Shown: piece by piece, positions 1-12,542 of the stretch
Position numbering within the stretch: the first letter of the stretch is position 1
Layout: each line of letters begins with the position of its first letter
Assembly (NCBI RefSeq): GCF_006345805.1
Contig: NC_043002.1
Location: 115,816,001 to 115,880,000, forward strand
DNA length: 64,000 bases
From: Octopus sinensis
Taxonomy: Eukaryota
Reading direction: 5' to 3'
Program-made: the position numbers and the translations under genes
The notes under the pieces: model-generated
What the model was told of the DNA's origin: nothing
The model's database searches: none
The model's input: the letters and a program-made list of their open reading frames with translations, nothing else

Positions 1-1439
1 TCTCTCTCTCACACACACACACACACACATTATGACTTTGGAACAGCAACAACAGCATAATTTGCTGTCATTTTATCTTATTCTATATTCTGAAACATAT
101 GTAACTTACATTAAGAGAAAAGATCTAATCTCACTCTTGCCTCCTTCATTGTACTTTTCACAATGAAAGAAAAGTCAAACACCGCAAATGGATGTGTGAA
201 AAGCAAAACTTGAATTTTGAAAAAGCGTATCTATAAAGCAACATTTTCAGTCATTTAAACTTTCTCTGCTAATTCATCAAATTCAATTATTTGAAACAGA
301 TGGGTTTTGAGATTTAAATTTGGAAATTTTCTAAGATTTTAATTCTAGTGTATAAGGGGCCCACCAAACTTGAAGTGCCCCAGGCCTCCCCATAGTTTAA
401 ATCCGGTCCTGAGTAGGGTCATGAGTGCTCTTAATCTTGTCTTATCAAGAACATGATAACTTCTCTAGTGATGGTGCCATTATAAATTGTCCCCAGTATT
501 TCTCTGTTGCATGTTTGATGTTAAGAAAGGTATCCAGCCTTAGAAACTATGCCAAAATATAATGTATAAGTGGGATATGTCCCTTCCGCAACTGTTGAAG
601 CAATTACTGAAATAAAGGTTGTAATGTATTTATTTTAATTTCATTTTCCATATCATTTTGATGCCATCATTTCTAACAGCACAGGTACACTAGTATATAA
701 GAATATAAAAGAGGACATAATTTCTGAACAAAGTATGAAATGCTATTGATTTCTGACAAGTGTCTTTTATTTTAACCACCAAACAGATATTGATATTGTA
801 GAAAGTGGCCATTCAGCTTGAAGACTGGCCAGAAATTAGAAGCACAAAGCCCAAATAAGGATGGTTACTCTGTTAAAAACTTTCAGTTGATCAAAAATGA
901 TGAGAGTTTCATCAAAGCTATAGTTTGTTCCTTTTTACAATGTATTACATGAGATGAAAATCCCCTATTTGGAAGTGCATAGGTCTGTATTGGTACTGAC
1001 AAAATCTTGTTGTAATTTGGAGTGTGTCTTTCAGCTTCCCTACAATTTCTTTTAGTTCATAGAAACACTAATGCTGAAACTTTGTTGTTGATGAGGATTA
1101 TGTTATGCATAGTTTTTGCTATTGATTCATCAGACTTTCACCACTCTTCTCCTTAGTTCTTGAGCAGTGAGCTGTCCTCTTTTCTCATCCGACACCTTGT
1201 CATTTCTCCAGTTTAATCTTCTCATTCCCTAAACTGGAGTTGGTAAAAGGGCAAGCTGTGTCAGTGTATAAGTATAAGCAGGCTTAATCAATTCTATCAG
1301 TCCCAATATTTAATTGGCATTGTATTTTATTGATCTTTGAAGGATGAAAGACAACATTGATCTTGGCAGGATTTGAACTCAGAAACTAAAGAGCTGAAAG
1401 AAGTACCACAATGCATTTCTTTCTCACCACTCGTATTAC

Positions 1440-1912
1440 TGTATAAATAACAACAAAAATAATGATGATGATGCTGATGATGATGATGATGGTGATGGTG
1501 ATGATGATGATGATGATGATGGCAATAATAAAAATAATAATAATTGGTATAAAAGATGGGCTACAGCAAATATTCTACTCAATACCACAGATTTGCTTGT
1601 CAGTTGTTTAACCTTAACCAGTTGATCATGCCCCTTAGTGGCTGACAATATGTGCATCTCTAATCACAAGTAGAAGTAGTGGGGGGCATAATAGCCATGT
1701 GTTGAGAGGAATTCTTTGGGGTTTGGATAATTCACCTCTGGAAACATGGGTGGTTTGTTCAACATCCTTAAACAAGGTTATGCACTGTTTATCATGATAT
1801 GAGATCACCAAGTTGTGCACATATGGTTGTGTTGCATGTGCCTGGTGTACCCTTATCAAACAGGTAGTCATGATGGGTATACTGAGCTTTGATGGCATGC
1901 ACTGCTCTCTCA
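1440..1912 (-). repeat. Interspersed repeat between ATT/GAT microsatellites
   Basis: Non-coding block bounded by trinucleotide microsatellites on both sides; resembles an octopus repeat I recall, family not assigned. Confidence 0.4.
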
Positions 1913-1937
1913 ATAATAATAATAATAATAATAATGA

Positions 1938-3370
1938 TAAATTAGACCAAAGCCAAACTTAAATATTTAGGAATCCATGAACTAGATAAGATACAACACA
2001 CACAAATGAAAGAGAAAATAAAGAAAGAATACTATAGACGAGTGAGATCAATACTAAAAACAGAGCTCAATGCAAAAAAACAAGATAATAGGTATTAACA
2101 CTTTAGCCATCCCAGTTATAAGTTACAGCTACAATAACCTTAACTGGACACTAAATGAACTAACCAAAATAGATAGGAAAACAAGAAAAATAATGACAGG
2201 ATCTAGGATGCATCACCCAAAATCTGACATAGAAAGGCTATATATACAACATATAGAAGGTGGTAGAGGCCTTATACAGCTGGAAAACTATTATAAAATA
2301 ACCACCATAGGACTGCAAAAATATCTACTTCAGAAGCAAGGAAAACTGATACAAATAGCGGCAAAACACGAGCAAAACTAAAAACTGTTCTCAGTATTTA
2401 AGGAAGCTGACAAATACAAACAAGAAATCATACCACCAAACAAAGAAGAAGAAGAAGAAGAAGAAGAAAAAGAAGAAGAAGGAGGAGGAGGAGGAGGAAA
2501 AGAAGAAGAAGAAGAAGAAGAAGAAGAAGAAGAAGAAGAAGAAGAAGATGAAGAAGAAGAAACAAAATCTATAAAACAAATGAAAGCCAAACTAAAACTA
2601 GAAGAGCAATGGACCATGATAAAACGATGGCAAGAAAAGCCCCTTCATGGCAAGTACTGGACTAAACTAAATGCAAAAGAAATAGACAAAGAAAAATCCC
2701 AGCAGTAGTTGAGAAGCTCAGGACTCAAAGCAGAGACAGAGGGATTTTTAATTGCAGCACAAGACCAAAGCCTCCCCATCAGAAATTACCAAAAACATGT
2801 AATGAAAAGAAATATAACAAGTAACTGCAGAATATGTGGAGATGGACAAGAAACAATAAATCACATTATATCTGGCTGCCCAGTCCTGGCTAAGAAGGAA
2901 TATATTCACAGACACGACAGAGTTGGAACCTACATACACTGGAAGCTATGCCAACATTATGGAATAACAACAGAAAAAAGATGGTATAGGCACACACCAG
3001 AAAAGGTCACAGAAAACAAGAAAGCAACCATACTCTGGGATATGCCGATACACACAGATAGAGAAATTAAGGCCAACAGACCAGATATAGTTGTCAGAGA
3101 TCATGAAGAAAAAAAATGTTTTCTAATTGATGTATCAATATCAGCAGATGATAACATGTCTCTAAAAAAAATGGAGAGACTTTCCAAATACAAAGACCTG
3201 GAAATAGAGGTAACTCGAATGTGGAATCTAAAAACAGAAACAATCCCTATCATAGTAGGCGCATTAGGTATGATAAAAAAATATTCAGACAAATACATAA
3301 CAAAAATACCAGGACTTACAAGTATATACAGCATACAGAAAATTGCACTACTGAGCACTGCACACATCCT
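1938..3370 (+). mobile_element. 5'-truncated R4/Dong-clade non-LTR retrotransposon (RT C-terminus, CCHC knuckle, restriction-like endonuclease), pseudogenised
   Basis: One frame with stops at 2379 and 2706. Contains CRICG..ETINHIISGC, RHD, ANRPDIVV, LIDVS and KYKDL motifs. Begins directly after a (TAA)n tract. Confidence 0.9.
2443..2561 (+). repeat. (GAA/GGA)n microsatellite inside the Dong ORF
   Basis: About 40 codons, in frame, mostly Glu with a short Gly run. Explains the poly-Phe and poly-Ser ORFs on the minus strand. Confidence 0.95.
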
Positions 3371-4930
3371 ATTGGTTCAATTTCGATTCCAATTTCACTT
3401 GCCTCAACAGGTCTTCGCAAGCAGAGTTTAGTGTCCAATGAAGGGAGGTTGGCATGGGTGCCTGTCATCGGATGAGGTTTGATTTCGACTTCGCTTGCCT
3501 CAACAGGTCTGGACTCACTTGTCCTGCTGGGTCTTCTCACGCACAGCATATTTCCAAAGGTCTCAGTCGCTAGTCATTGCCTCGGTGAGGCCTATAGTTC
3601 AAAGGTCGTGCTTCACCACCTCGTCCCAGGTTTTCCTGAGTCTACCTCTTCCACGGGTTCCCTCAACTGTTAGGGATTAGCACTTTTTCACACACCTATC
3701 TTCATCCATTCTTGCCACATGACCATACCAGTGCAATCGTCTCTCTTGCACACCACAGCTGATGCTTCTTAGGTCCAACATTTCTCTCAAGGTACTAACA
3801 CTCTGTCGAGTATGCACACTGACATTACACATCCATCAGAGCATACTGGCTTCATTCCTCGTGAGCTTACGCATGTCTTCAGCAGTCACAGCCCATGTTT
3901 CACTGCCATGTAGCATGGCTGTTCGTACACATGCATCATACAGTCTGCCTTTTACTCTGAGTGAGAGGCCTTTAGTCACCAGCAGAGGTAAGAGCTCCCT
4001 GAACTTTGCCCAGGCTATTCTTACTCTAGCAGTTACACTTTCAGCCCCCCCTCCCCTACTACTGACTTGGTCACCTAGATAACGGAATCTATCAACTACT
4101 TCAATTTTTCCCCTTGGAAAGTGACGGAAGTTGTTTTCTGCACATTTTCAGTGTTTATTGCTCCTGAGCATCTGCCACATACAAAAACTATCTTCCCAAT
4201 TAGAGCAAGGTCGTCAGCATAGAGGAGCTCCCAGGGGCATCCTGTCTTGAATTCCTCCGTAATTGCCTGGAGGACTATGAGAAATAGGAGGGGGCTGAGG
4301 ACTGAACCCTGGTGGACCCCTACCTCTACCTTGAATTCTTCAGTGTACACGTTGCCAACCCTAACCTTACTTACAGCATCCTTGTACATGGCTTGCACAG
4401 CTCTCACCAGCCATTCATCTATCCCTAGTTTCCTCATTGACCACCAGATAAGGGATCGGGGGACCCTGTCGAAGGCTTTCTCCATGTCAACAAAAGCCAG
4501 GTACAGGGGCTTATCTTTGGCTAGGTATTTCTCCTGCAGCTGTCTCACCAGAAATATGACATCAGTGGTGCTTTTCCCTGGCACAAAACCAAACTGCATC
4601 TCATCTAAGTTGACTCTCTCCCTAATTAGTTGGGCTATGACCCTCTCCGTAACCTTCATTACCTGATCCAACAGCTTGATACCTCTGTAATTATTTGTAT
4701 CTAGGGCGTCACCTTTACCTTTGTAGCAGTTGACTATTATGCTGCTACACCAGTCATTGGGTATGACTCCTTCGTGTATCACCTGGTTAACTATACGGGT
4801 GACTAGGCTATAGCTGACACTGCCAGATATTTTGAGCATCTCTGCAGTAATTCCTGATGGGGCTAGTGCTTTCCCTGTCTTCATGCTTCTAATTGCCTTA
4901 ACTACCAAAGAACTGTCAACTCGGATAGCT
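3371..4930 (-). mobile_element. RTE-type LINE fragment (RT and C-terminus) with an internal deletion and no 3' tail
   Basis: ORF 4096-4995 has DMEKAFDRVP, QGSVLSP and YADD motifs; C-terminal GRPRKTWDEVV present; homologous to 18681-20760. Confidence 0.95.
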
Positions 4931-5067
4931 AAATAATAATAATAATGTGTGGTGTAAAACTGCAAAAGAGTGTTACAAATCTTCATAAAAAACAAAACTT
5001 AGCAAGAAAAAAATCAAGAAACAAATCAATGCTCTCCAATCTGATATAGAAATATTGAAAAACTTAA

Positions 5068-5236
5068 CCCTTTAGCATTCAGATTATTCTATTAAATGTA
5101 ACATTTACTTACATTGTTTTGCATTTATAATATGTTATTTTGTAACTTTGAGATTTCAGATATGTGACAATATTTTTTAGACTAACATTGTAGGATAGGT
5201 GTGAGAGGCTAGATCTAGCCAATTCGAACATTTATG
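5068..5236. mobile_element. piggyBac-type TTAA MITE, truncated
   Basis: TTAA|CCCTTTAGCATTCAGA end shared with copies at 20833, 43463 and 49215; right end lost at the Gypsy LTR. Confidence 0.7.
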
Positions 5237-5237
5237 A

Positions 5238-8200
5238 TGTGGTCACCTTAGTGCTCTGCACGAATACAGTGTGATATAAAGTACCACAGAATGGAGTAGA
5301 CACCACCTATTTCCACTTGATGTATTCCCAAATACTTGCCAACAACTGTAACCAATCTAAAACAACTCTCAACAATTTCCTGCAACTCCACGAACAACAC
5401 CTTTCGACTGCCTGTGATTTCTCCTCTCAGTCAAACATGCTGCTATTTACATGAATTTGGCTAGTCTATTCTCACAGGGGTGTCAGGATTCTCACCATAA
5501 CATCCCTTTTGAGATTTGACTTCTGTTGGAAGTGCAACTTGTTTATTTAATTTTCTTTTTTTCTTTTTCATCATCACCTCTCCCTTTCTTTGAGATTTCA
5601 ATTTCCCTAGAAGTTTTAATACATCTTTCCCTTGGGGACTATTTCTAGTCTTTCTATTTGTTTACGTTTTCTATTGCTGATCCACCTAGGTTCAACCTCA
5701 TTTGGTGTTGGAATATCAAACAAGTCATAACAAACTTCCATTGGTATTTCTTCTCTCTCTTCGGTATGTCTAGTCTTCAACTGGTTCAACTGTCGTTTGT
5801 GCTCTCCCATCTGACCTTTTATTATGTACATCATACTGCCTATTCTTTTAATCACTATACCATCTTCCCAACCTTGTCTCCCATTCTTATATATTTTTAA
5901 ATGAACTTTATCTCCCACATTAAAATACTTCGTTGTGTTTCTTGGGTTTTCCCTGTAAGTTTTCTTTTGTAGGTAACAATTAATCAAAAATTGATTTTAT
6001 CTCCTGGGTAAACATTAGCTATGTGGGCAACTTGCTTGAACAGGTGTTCAGGTTAGGTGTTACCCTGTAAACCCTTAAGGATTGAGTTAGTGCTGCATGA
6101 TTGCCTAATTCATTTCCTGATTTTTTTAGGGCTTGCTTAAATGTGTCTACGAACCTTTCTGCTTGCCTATTTAATCTTGGGTGGTACAGTGGAGTAGAGA
6201 TGTCATTGATTGCATGCATTTTACAGAAATTTTTAAACTCGTACCCTGTAAACTGTGTTCTGGAACACTATATCACGCAAAAAGTTTGTGAAGGAATCTT
6301 ATTGTTACCTTTGAGATTGGTTGACTGCATTTACATATTTCTGGCCACTTGGTATAACTGTCTACTATGATCAGATAATACACGCAAAATCTATATGTAG
6401 CCTGGACCACGGACTGTCTGTCTTAGGCCACAATTGGAATTTCACCAGTGGTGATTTTACTACGAGAGCACAACCTCTGCAGGATTTCACCAATTCTTCA
6501 GTATCACGGTCCATAGAAAGCCAATACTCCTCATTCCTGATTTCATTCTTGAAATCCCTGGGTGTCCCATATGAAATTCACTTCATACACGCTTTTGTAG
6601 TGCGGCTGGCACTACAACTCTTTCTGCATACATCAACACATTATCACACACAGAAAAATGGTTCGCATTTGTGTTACATATATTTTAATTTTCTTTTACC
6701 TGCAACATTTATTTCATCTTTGCAATATATTTGTCATTCTCCAATTTGAATTTCATATCTGCATCTTGACCAGTTACTGGCAGCTCCCAGATGACATTAT
6801 ACAAAATGTTTTCTATTTCATTTTCTGCTTGCAACTCGGCAATCACAGTATCATCAAATAGTTACGTATTTTCCGTATTGATAAAAAGTCTGCATGGCCT
6901 AACCTCTTGGATGGTATATACTCCATCTTAAAGTCATAATTCAACAATATTGTACCCTAGTGGTGTAACCTATTTGCTATATGGGTAGGAATTCCTTTCT
7001 TCCAACCAAAATTGATAATAATGGTTAGTAATCAGTTAGTAGCTGAAAACTTCTACCATGTAAACAATTTTTGAAATTTCTTCACAGCAAAAATGATTGC
7101 TAGAGCTTCTTTCTCTATTTGACTATAGTTTTTCTCTGCAGCTGTCCAAGAATGTGAGGCATGAACCACCGCATTGATATTACTGTCTTTATATTTGCGT
7201 AGCATTACTACTCCTATGCCAAATTCAGAAGTGTCAGAAGCTACGACAATCTCCACTGCAGGATTGAAATGAGCCAGCGACAAATCTGATATTAATATTT
7301 TTTTAATATTGTCAAATACCTTTTGACAATTATTTGCCCAATTCCACTTCACATTCTTTTAAGCAAATTATTTAGTGGAACTATCAATTTATGCATATAT
7401 GGTATATATGTTGATAATAATTTGCTAGACCTAAATAAGCGTGTAAGGTCGTTATATTAGTCAGAGGAGGCATATTTTTAATTGTGTCTGCCCTCAACTG
7501 GTCCAGTCATCGTCCATTCCTGTAAATAATTTGTCCTAAATACTTAATTTTAGGTAAGAAAATTCACATTTTCCCTCACTCAGTGTGAAACTGTAATCTC
7601 TTATTTTTTCAAAAACACATTTTACATGCTTGACATGCTGATCATAAGATTCACTTTTAGTTAATATATCACCCAGGTATGATATTGCGAATTCACAGAC
7701 TGCTAACACTGCATTCAAAACCTGTTGAAAAATTGCAGGTGCAACATTTAAACCAAATGGTAATCTGTTATATTTATATAGTTCCTTATGTGTATTCACC
7801 GTTAGGTATTTTGAGCATTCCTTGTGTACTCTAATTTGTAGGTACACATTGGAGAGATCGAGTTTCAAAAATATTTTGCCCCTATTCAACTTCACGAAAA
7901 TATCCTCTGGAGTAGGTGGTGGAAAGTGACATGTTTTCAGACATTCATTCAAGCCAGTGGGAAAATCGACACACACCCTGATTTTGTTATTCTTTTTTTA
8001 ATACACATGTAGTGGTCTATATAGCTAAATAGTTGAATGATCTCCCTTGAAAGAAAGATTAGAGAGTAACCTCCCTTCTCTAAGTTTCTCAAAGCATCTG
8101 TATCATGAGATGTGATTCTTAATTATTCAAGAAGCTTAGCATTTCTCTTGGAAGTTTCTAGAATATCTAGCATTCCATTAATAAAAACAGCTTGCTAACC

Positions 8201-8520
8201 CTGCTCTTTGCTTCTTAGTCAATTAGACTTAGAGCCATTCATGTCATTGCTATGTCCATATATTTCTCTACGCCACATGACTGAAAATCACCACTTACTT
8301 GTTATTGCTACATTTTCAGTCTGAATTTTCTTGCATAGATTACTTCATTGAACTAGATTCTGCATACTGATTCTTTGTATCATCATTGACCAGTAAATAA
8401 AATATATTTTTATGTAGTAAATATATAAGTCTTGAATTTATTCTTCATTTCTTTATGAACTCTTGTAAATAACATATATGCAGCCACATCAACACCTTGT
8501 ACTGACTATATATTTCTACT
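5238..8520 (-). mobile_element. Decayed Gypsy/Ty3 LTR retrotransposon (RT, RNase H, integrase, PPT, 3' LTR)
   Basis: RT at 7536-7976 (KLDLSNVYLQI, YNRLPFGL), RNase H at 7053-7352 (SDTSEFGIG, YSQIEKEALAIIFAVKKF), integrase C-terminus at 5616-6219 (YHPRLNRQAERFV). PPT AAAAGGGA abuts the TGTTATGG LTR start at 5502. No 5' LTR seen. Confidence 0.9.
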
Positions 8521-8610
8521 ACACACACCATAGGAGCCGCCCATTTTGGACAGCTTTTTGGATGACTCTAATTTTCTCTACATCTAGAAGAAAGAAAGAG
8601 GACATTCAAA

Positions 8611-11464
8611 GGATCTTTTCCTTTTGAACGGCACATGTCAACACAATTTCTAGTTAACTAAACACTTTAAAACTTCGTATACTGGTAGAATGTGTCAAAA
8701 TAAAACATTTTTTTCTCTTGGCTTTCTTGAGAAAATTGTATTTCGTTTGTTTAATGTAGTTTAATTTTTCGAATTTTAACCAATCAATTGCCTCTAATTG
8801 AGCTAAAATCATTTGCTGCATCTAAAATTGAGACAACATCCTGTCACTAACCCTAACCCTCACCCTCACCCTAACCCTAAATTTTAGCCTTTCGTTTTTT
8901 TTTCTTAATTGTTAAATTAATTTAAGGATAACAATTAAGAAAAAAAGACGAAAGGCTAAAACAAAAGCAATGGAAAATAATTTAAACAATTAACAAACAA
9001 AATAATTCTATAATTTTATATACACACTTTCCATACGTATACATAATGAAAGGCTAAAACGAAAGCAAAAACTCAAAACAAAAACAAAACGAATAATTTT
9101 AGACACACGCGTAACAATTAAATTAATTTACCCAGTAGAGGGACCAGCTATCCGAATAGACAGCTCCCTTGTAGTTAAGGCAATTAAGGATATGAAACCA
9201 GGTAAAGCCCCTGGCCCATCAGGAATCACTGCTGAGATGCTTAAAACAGTGGGCTATGGCCTAGTCACCCGCATTGTAAACCAGGTAGTTCATAATGGAG
9301 TCATACCCAATGACTGGCATAGCAGCACCATAGTCAACTGCTACAAGGGTAAGGGTGATGCTCTAGACAGAAATAACTACAGGGGTATTAAACTGTTTGA
9401 TCAGATGATGAAGGTCACAGAGAGGGTCATAACCCATCTCATCAGGAAGAGAATTTGCTTAGATGAGATGCAGTTCGGTTTTGTGCCGGGTAGAAGCACC
9501 ACTGATGCTATATTCCTGATCCGACAACTGCAGGAGAAGTACCTAGCTAAAGATAAATCCCTCTACATAGCTTTTGTGGACTTGGAGAAAGCCTTTGACA
9601 GGGTCCCCCGATCCCTTATCTGGTGGTCGATGCGGAAACTGGAGATTGACGAATGGCTAATAAGGGCTGTACAGGCTCTATACAGAGAGGCTGTCAGCAA
9701 GGTTAGGATTGGCAACGAATATAGTGAAGAATTCCGTGTAGAAGTAGGTGTACACCAAGGCTCAGCCCTCAGTCCCCTTTTATTCATCATAGTCCGCCAG
9801 GCAATAACAGAGGAATTCAAAACCGGATGCCCCTGGGAGCTCCTCTATGCTGATGACCTGGCTCTCATAGCAGAATCACTACTGGAACTAGAAAAGAAAT
9901 TTCGGGTGTGGAAACAAGGGTTAGAATCAAAGGGCCTTAGAGTAAATGTAGCAAAGACCAAAGTTATAGTAAGCAGAAAGGCGAACTCAGCACACACACC
10001 CTCGGGCAGGTGGCCCTGCTCGATCTGTAGGAAAGGTGTAGGTAGAAACTCCATAAGATGCACCCAATGTAAGCTATGGATGCATAAGAGGTGCAGCAAC
10101 ATCAAAGGGAAATTAACTGATAAGATAGCTTTCATGTGCGGCAGATGCACAGGGACAATAGACACCACAGATACTCAGAAAACAGATTCCATCACACTCC
10201 AGGGGGAGAAATGAAGCCAGTATGCTCTGATGGATGTGTAATGTCAGTGTGCATACATGACAGAGTGTAAGCACCCTGAGAGAAATGCTGGACATAAGAA
10301 GCATCAGATGTGGTGTGCAAGAGCGACGCTTGCGGTGGTATCGTCATGTACTGCGGATGGATGAGGAGAGATGTGTGAAGAAGTGCCACTCCCAAACAGT
10401 TGAAGGTATCAGGGGGAGAGGTAGACCCAGGAAGACATGGGATGAGGTAGTCAAGCATGACCTCAGAGCGTTGGACCTCACTGAGACAATGGCGAAGGAC
10501 CAAGATCTCTGGAGATATGCTGTGACTGCAAAGACCCAGGCTGCTTCCTGCACCAGTTCCGCATAGCCCCTGCCCATTCAAAGTACCTTGGATTCCAGAA
10601 CATCCCGCTGTGCTTGAGGAGACCTGTTGAGTCAAGTACATGAACATCGAAATAAATATCAATGGAAATAGTAGTTGTGATACCTGTGCCGGTGGCACAT
10701 AAAAAGCACCATCCGAACGTGGCTGATGCCAGCGCTGCCTCGACTGGCTCCAGTGCCAGTGGCACATAAAAAGCACCATCCGAACGTGGCTGATGCCAGC
10801 GCTGCCTCGACTGGCTCCAGTGCCAGTGGCACATAAAAAGCACCATCCGAACGTGGCTGATGCCAGCGCCGCCTTGGCTGGCTTCCGTGCCGGTGGCACG
10901 TTAAAAGCACCAACTGATCGTGGCCGATGCTGGACCCCCCTGGCACCTGTGCAGGTGGCACGTAAAGAGCACCCACTACATTCGCGGAGTGGTTGGCGTT
11001 AGGAAGGGCATCCAGCTGTAGAAACTCTGCCAGATCAGACTGGAGTCTGGTGCAGCCCCTGGCTTCTCAGACCCCGGTCGAACCGTCCAACCCGTGCTAG
11101 CGCGGAAAACAGACGTTAAACAATGATGATGATGATGATGATGAATTAAGAAGAAGAAAAAAACGAAAGGCTAAAATTTATAGTTAGGGTTAGGGTGAGG
11201 GTTAGGGTTTGGGTGAGGGTTAGGGTTAGTGACAGGATATTGTCTCAGTTTTAGACGCAGTAAATGATTTTAGCTCACAAGAGGCGATTCATTGGTTAAA
11301 ATTCGAAAAATTAAACTACGTTAAACAAACGAATTACAATTTTCTCAAGAAAGCCAAGAGAAAAAAATGTTTTATTTTGACACATTCTACCAGTATACGA
11401 AGTTTTAAAGTGTTTAGTTAACTAGAAATTGTGTTGACATGTGCCGTTCAAAAGGAAAAGATCC
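8611..11464. mobile_element. Non-autonomous DNA transposon with about 290-bp TIRs (GGATCTTTTC ends, Merlin-like), interrupted by an RTE
   Basis: 8611-8900 is the reverse complement of 11160-11464. The termini match the family at 54907-55320, which has an 8-bp TSD. TAACCC/TTAGGG arrays lie at 8847-8880 and 11184-11229. Confidence 0.8.
9131..11143 (+). mobile_element. 5'-truncated RTE-type LINE with 67-bp 3' UTR repeats and a (GAT)n tail
   Basis: ORF 9192-10214 has RT motifs (DLEKAFDRVP, YADD) and a PHD-like Cys/His cluster; internal deletion near 10212; C-terminal ORF 10285-10566. Confidence 0.95.
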
Positions 11465-11876
11465 GATATTTGTTGTTTCTTTTCTTCAATTTCTGCAATT
11501 CCAACCAATCAGTGACGTCTATTGAGTTAAAAAGCATTCTGTGCCGTATGAATATGTCCCTCGTTTAAGAAACAGATTGGGTTTATTTACATTTGTAAAG
11601 AAAAAAGATACCCTTTCCCCTAACCCTAAAACAGATTGAAATGCAATAGATCGATACTAGGGTCATAATTATGGGTGACAATTTCACATGACACCGCTAG
11701 AAAAAACTGCCGTTCAAACCGAAAAGATCCCAAATATCTTACAAACCATAGAATTTTCTCGATAAAGCCAAGAGAAAAAGATGTTTTATAAACACATTCT
11801 ACCAGTATACGAAGTTTAAGATTTTTTAATTACCTAGAAATTATGTTAAAATCTGCCGTTCAAACCGAAAAGATCC
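11465..11876. mobile_element. Rearranged Merlin-like MITE, same family as 54907-55320
   Basis: Internal-to-right-end segment in + orientation (11465-11730), then the reverse complement of the left part (11731-11876). Both finish in GAAAAGATCC. Confidence 0.85.
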
Positions 11877-11934
11877 ATGATTGTTTCTAATTTAGGCTTG
11901 CAATTTTAAGGGGAGAGGAGTAATAGAATATATC

Positions 11935-12080
11935 ACTTGATGAGCATTTTATTTTATTGATTACAAAGGGATAAAAGACAAAGTTGACCTCGACGGGATT
12001 TGAACCCGTAAAAAGTCGGAACAAATACTGCGAAGCATTTTTACCGAAGTTTTAATAATTTTTGCCGGCTCACCGCTTTG
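11935..12080 (-). mobile_element. tRNA-derived SINE fragment (related copies at about 1270-1430 and 52550-52745)
   Basis: Shared core aaaggatgaaaggcaaagtcgacctcggcggratttgaac, which carries the reverse complement of a B box. Confidence 0.6.
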
Positions 12081-12289
12081 TAGGAATTTAATAATGATTT
12101 TTTTTATTGCTTAAAACACAGTAAAAGAGAGGGTTAATAACAATTTCCCCCTCATATTGTTATAAGGGCGACGAATGAAGGAACAAAAGTGATGGGATTT
12201 GGATCACGTTTTGAAAATTAAACAATATAAATATATAGGACATGGAATGTTCCAACAGAGTTTCATCTACTTGAGATCAATGAGAAAAT

Positions 12290-12538
12290 CCCTCGCATTT
12301 GCTATTTATCCTGAAATTTCTAACACTGTCCGGATAAAACTGGATTCGATTATGTCAATTCGTGGCTTCCATCTGCCCACTTTGCCAATCGTCAGCCACT
12401 GCCAGCAGATAAGATTCATGCGCAGTGACACTTTCAGTTCTGCCAGAACTATGATGTGGCAAGGGTGACTCCAGCATTGCCAGACACACTTTGCCATTCA
12501 CTACAACAACAACAACACCTTAGTATTTATTTTTTAAA
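12290..12538 (+). promoter_or_regulatory. Probable ARL1 promoter/5' UTR
   Basis: Non-repetitive sequence, richer in GC and CpG than its flanks, directly upstream of the exon-1 ATG. The transcription start cannot be placed from sequence. Confidence 0.45.
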
Positions 12539-12542
12539 ATGG
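12539..12542 (+). CDS. ARL1: ARL1 coding exon 1 (ATGG only), followed by a 17,347-bp intron
   Basis: aaaATGG|GTAAGT is a start in good context plus a perfect donor. Its phase-1 end joins exon 2 (GT GCA...) to give Met-Gly, the Arf-family myristoylation start. This is the best candidate I found upstream; not transcript-confirmed. Confidence 0.75.

Noticed and set aside
2378-2617. Poly-Ser and poly-Phe ORFs as genes
   Set aside because: Antisense readings of a GAA microsatellite.
8847-8880. True telomere or chromosome-fusion site
   Set aside because: Only 5-8 degenerate units, mirrored within the TIRs of a transposon.
10850-10870. Hammerhead or HDV ribozyme within the RTE 3' UTR modules
   Set aside because: CTGATG is followed by CC rather than A and there is no correctly placed GAAA; no nested pseudoknot seen.
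12199-12497. Head-to-head gene or uORF next to the ARL1 start
   Set aside because: The short ORFs on both strands have no recognisable motif, and I found no convincing minus-strand donor.
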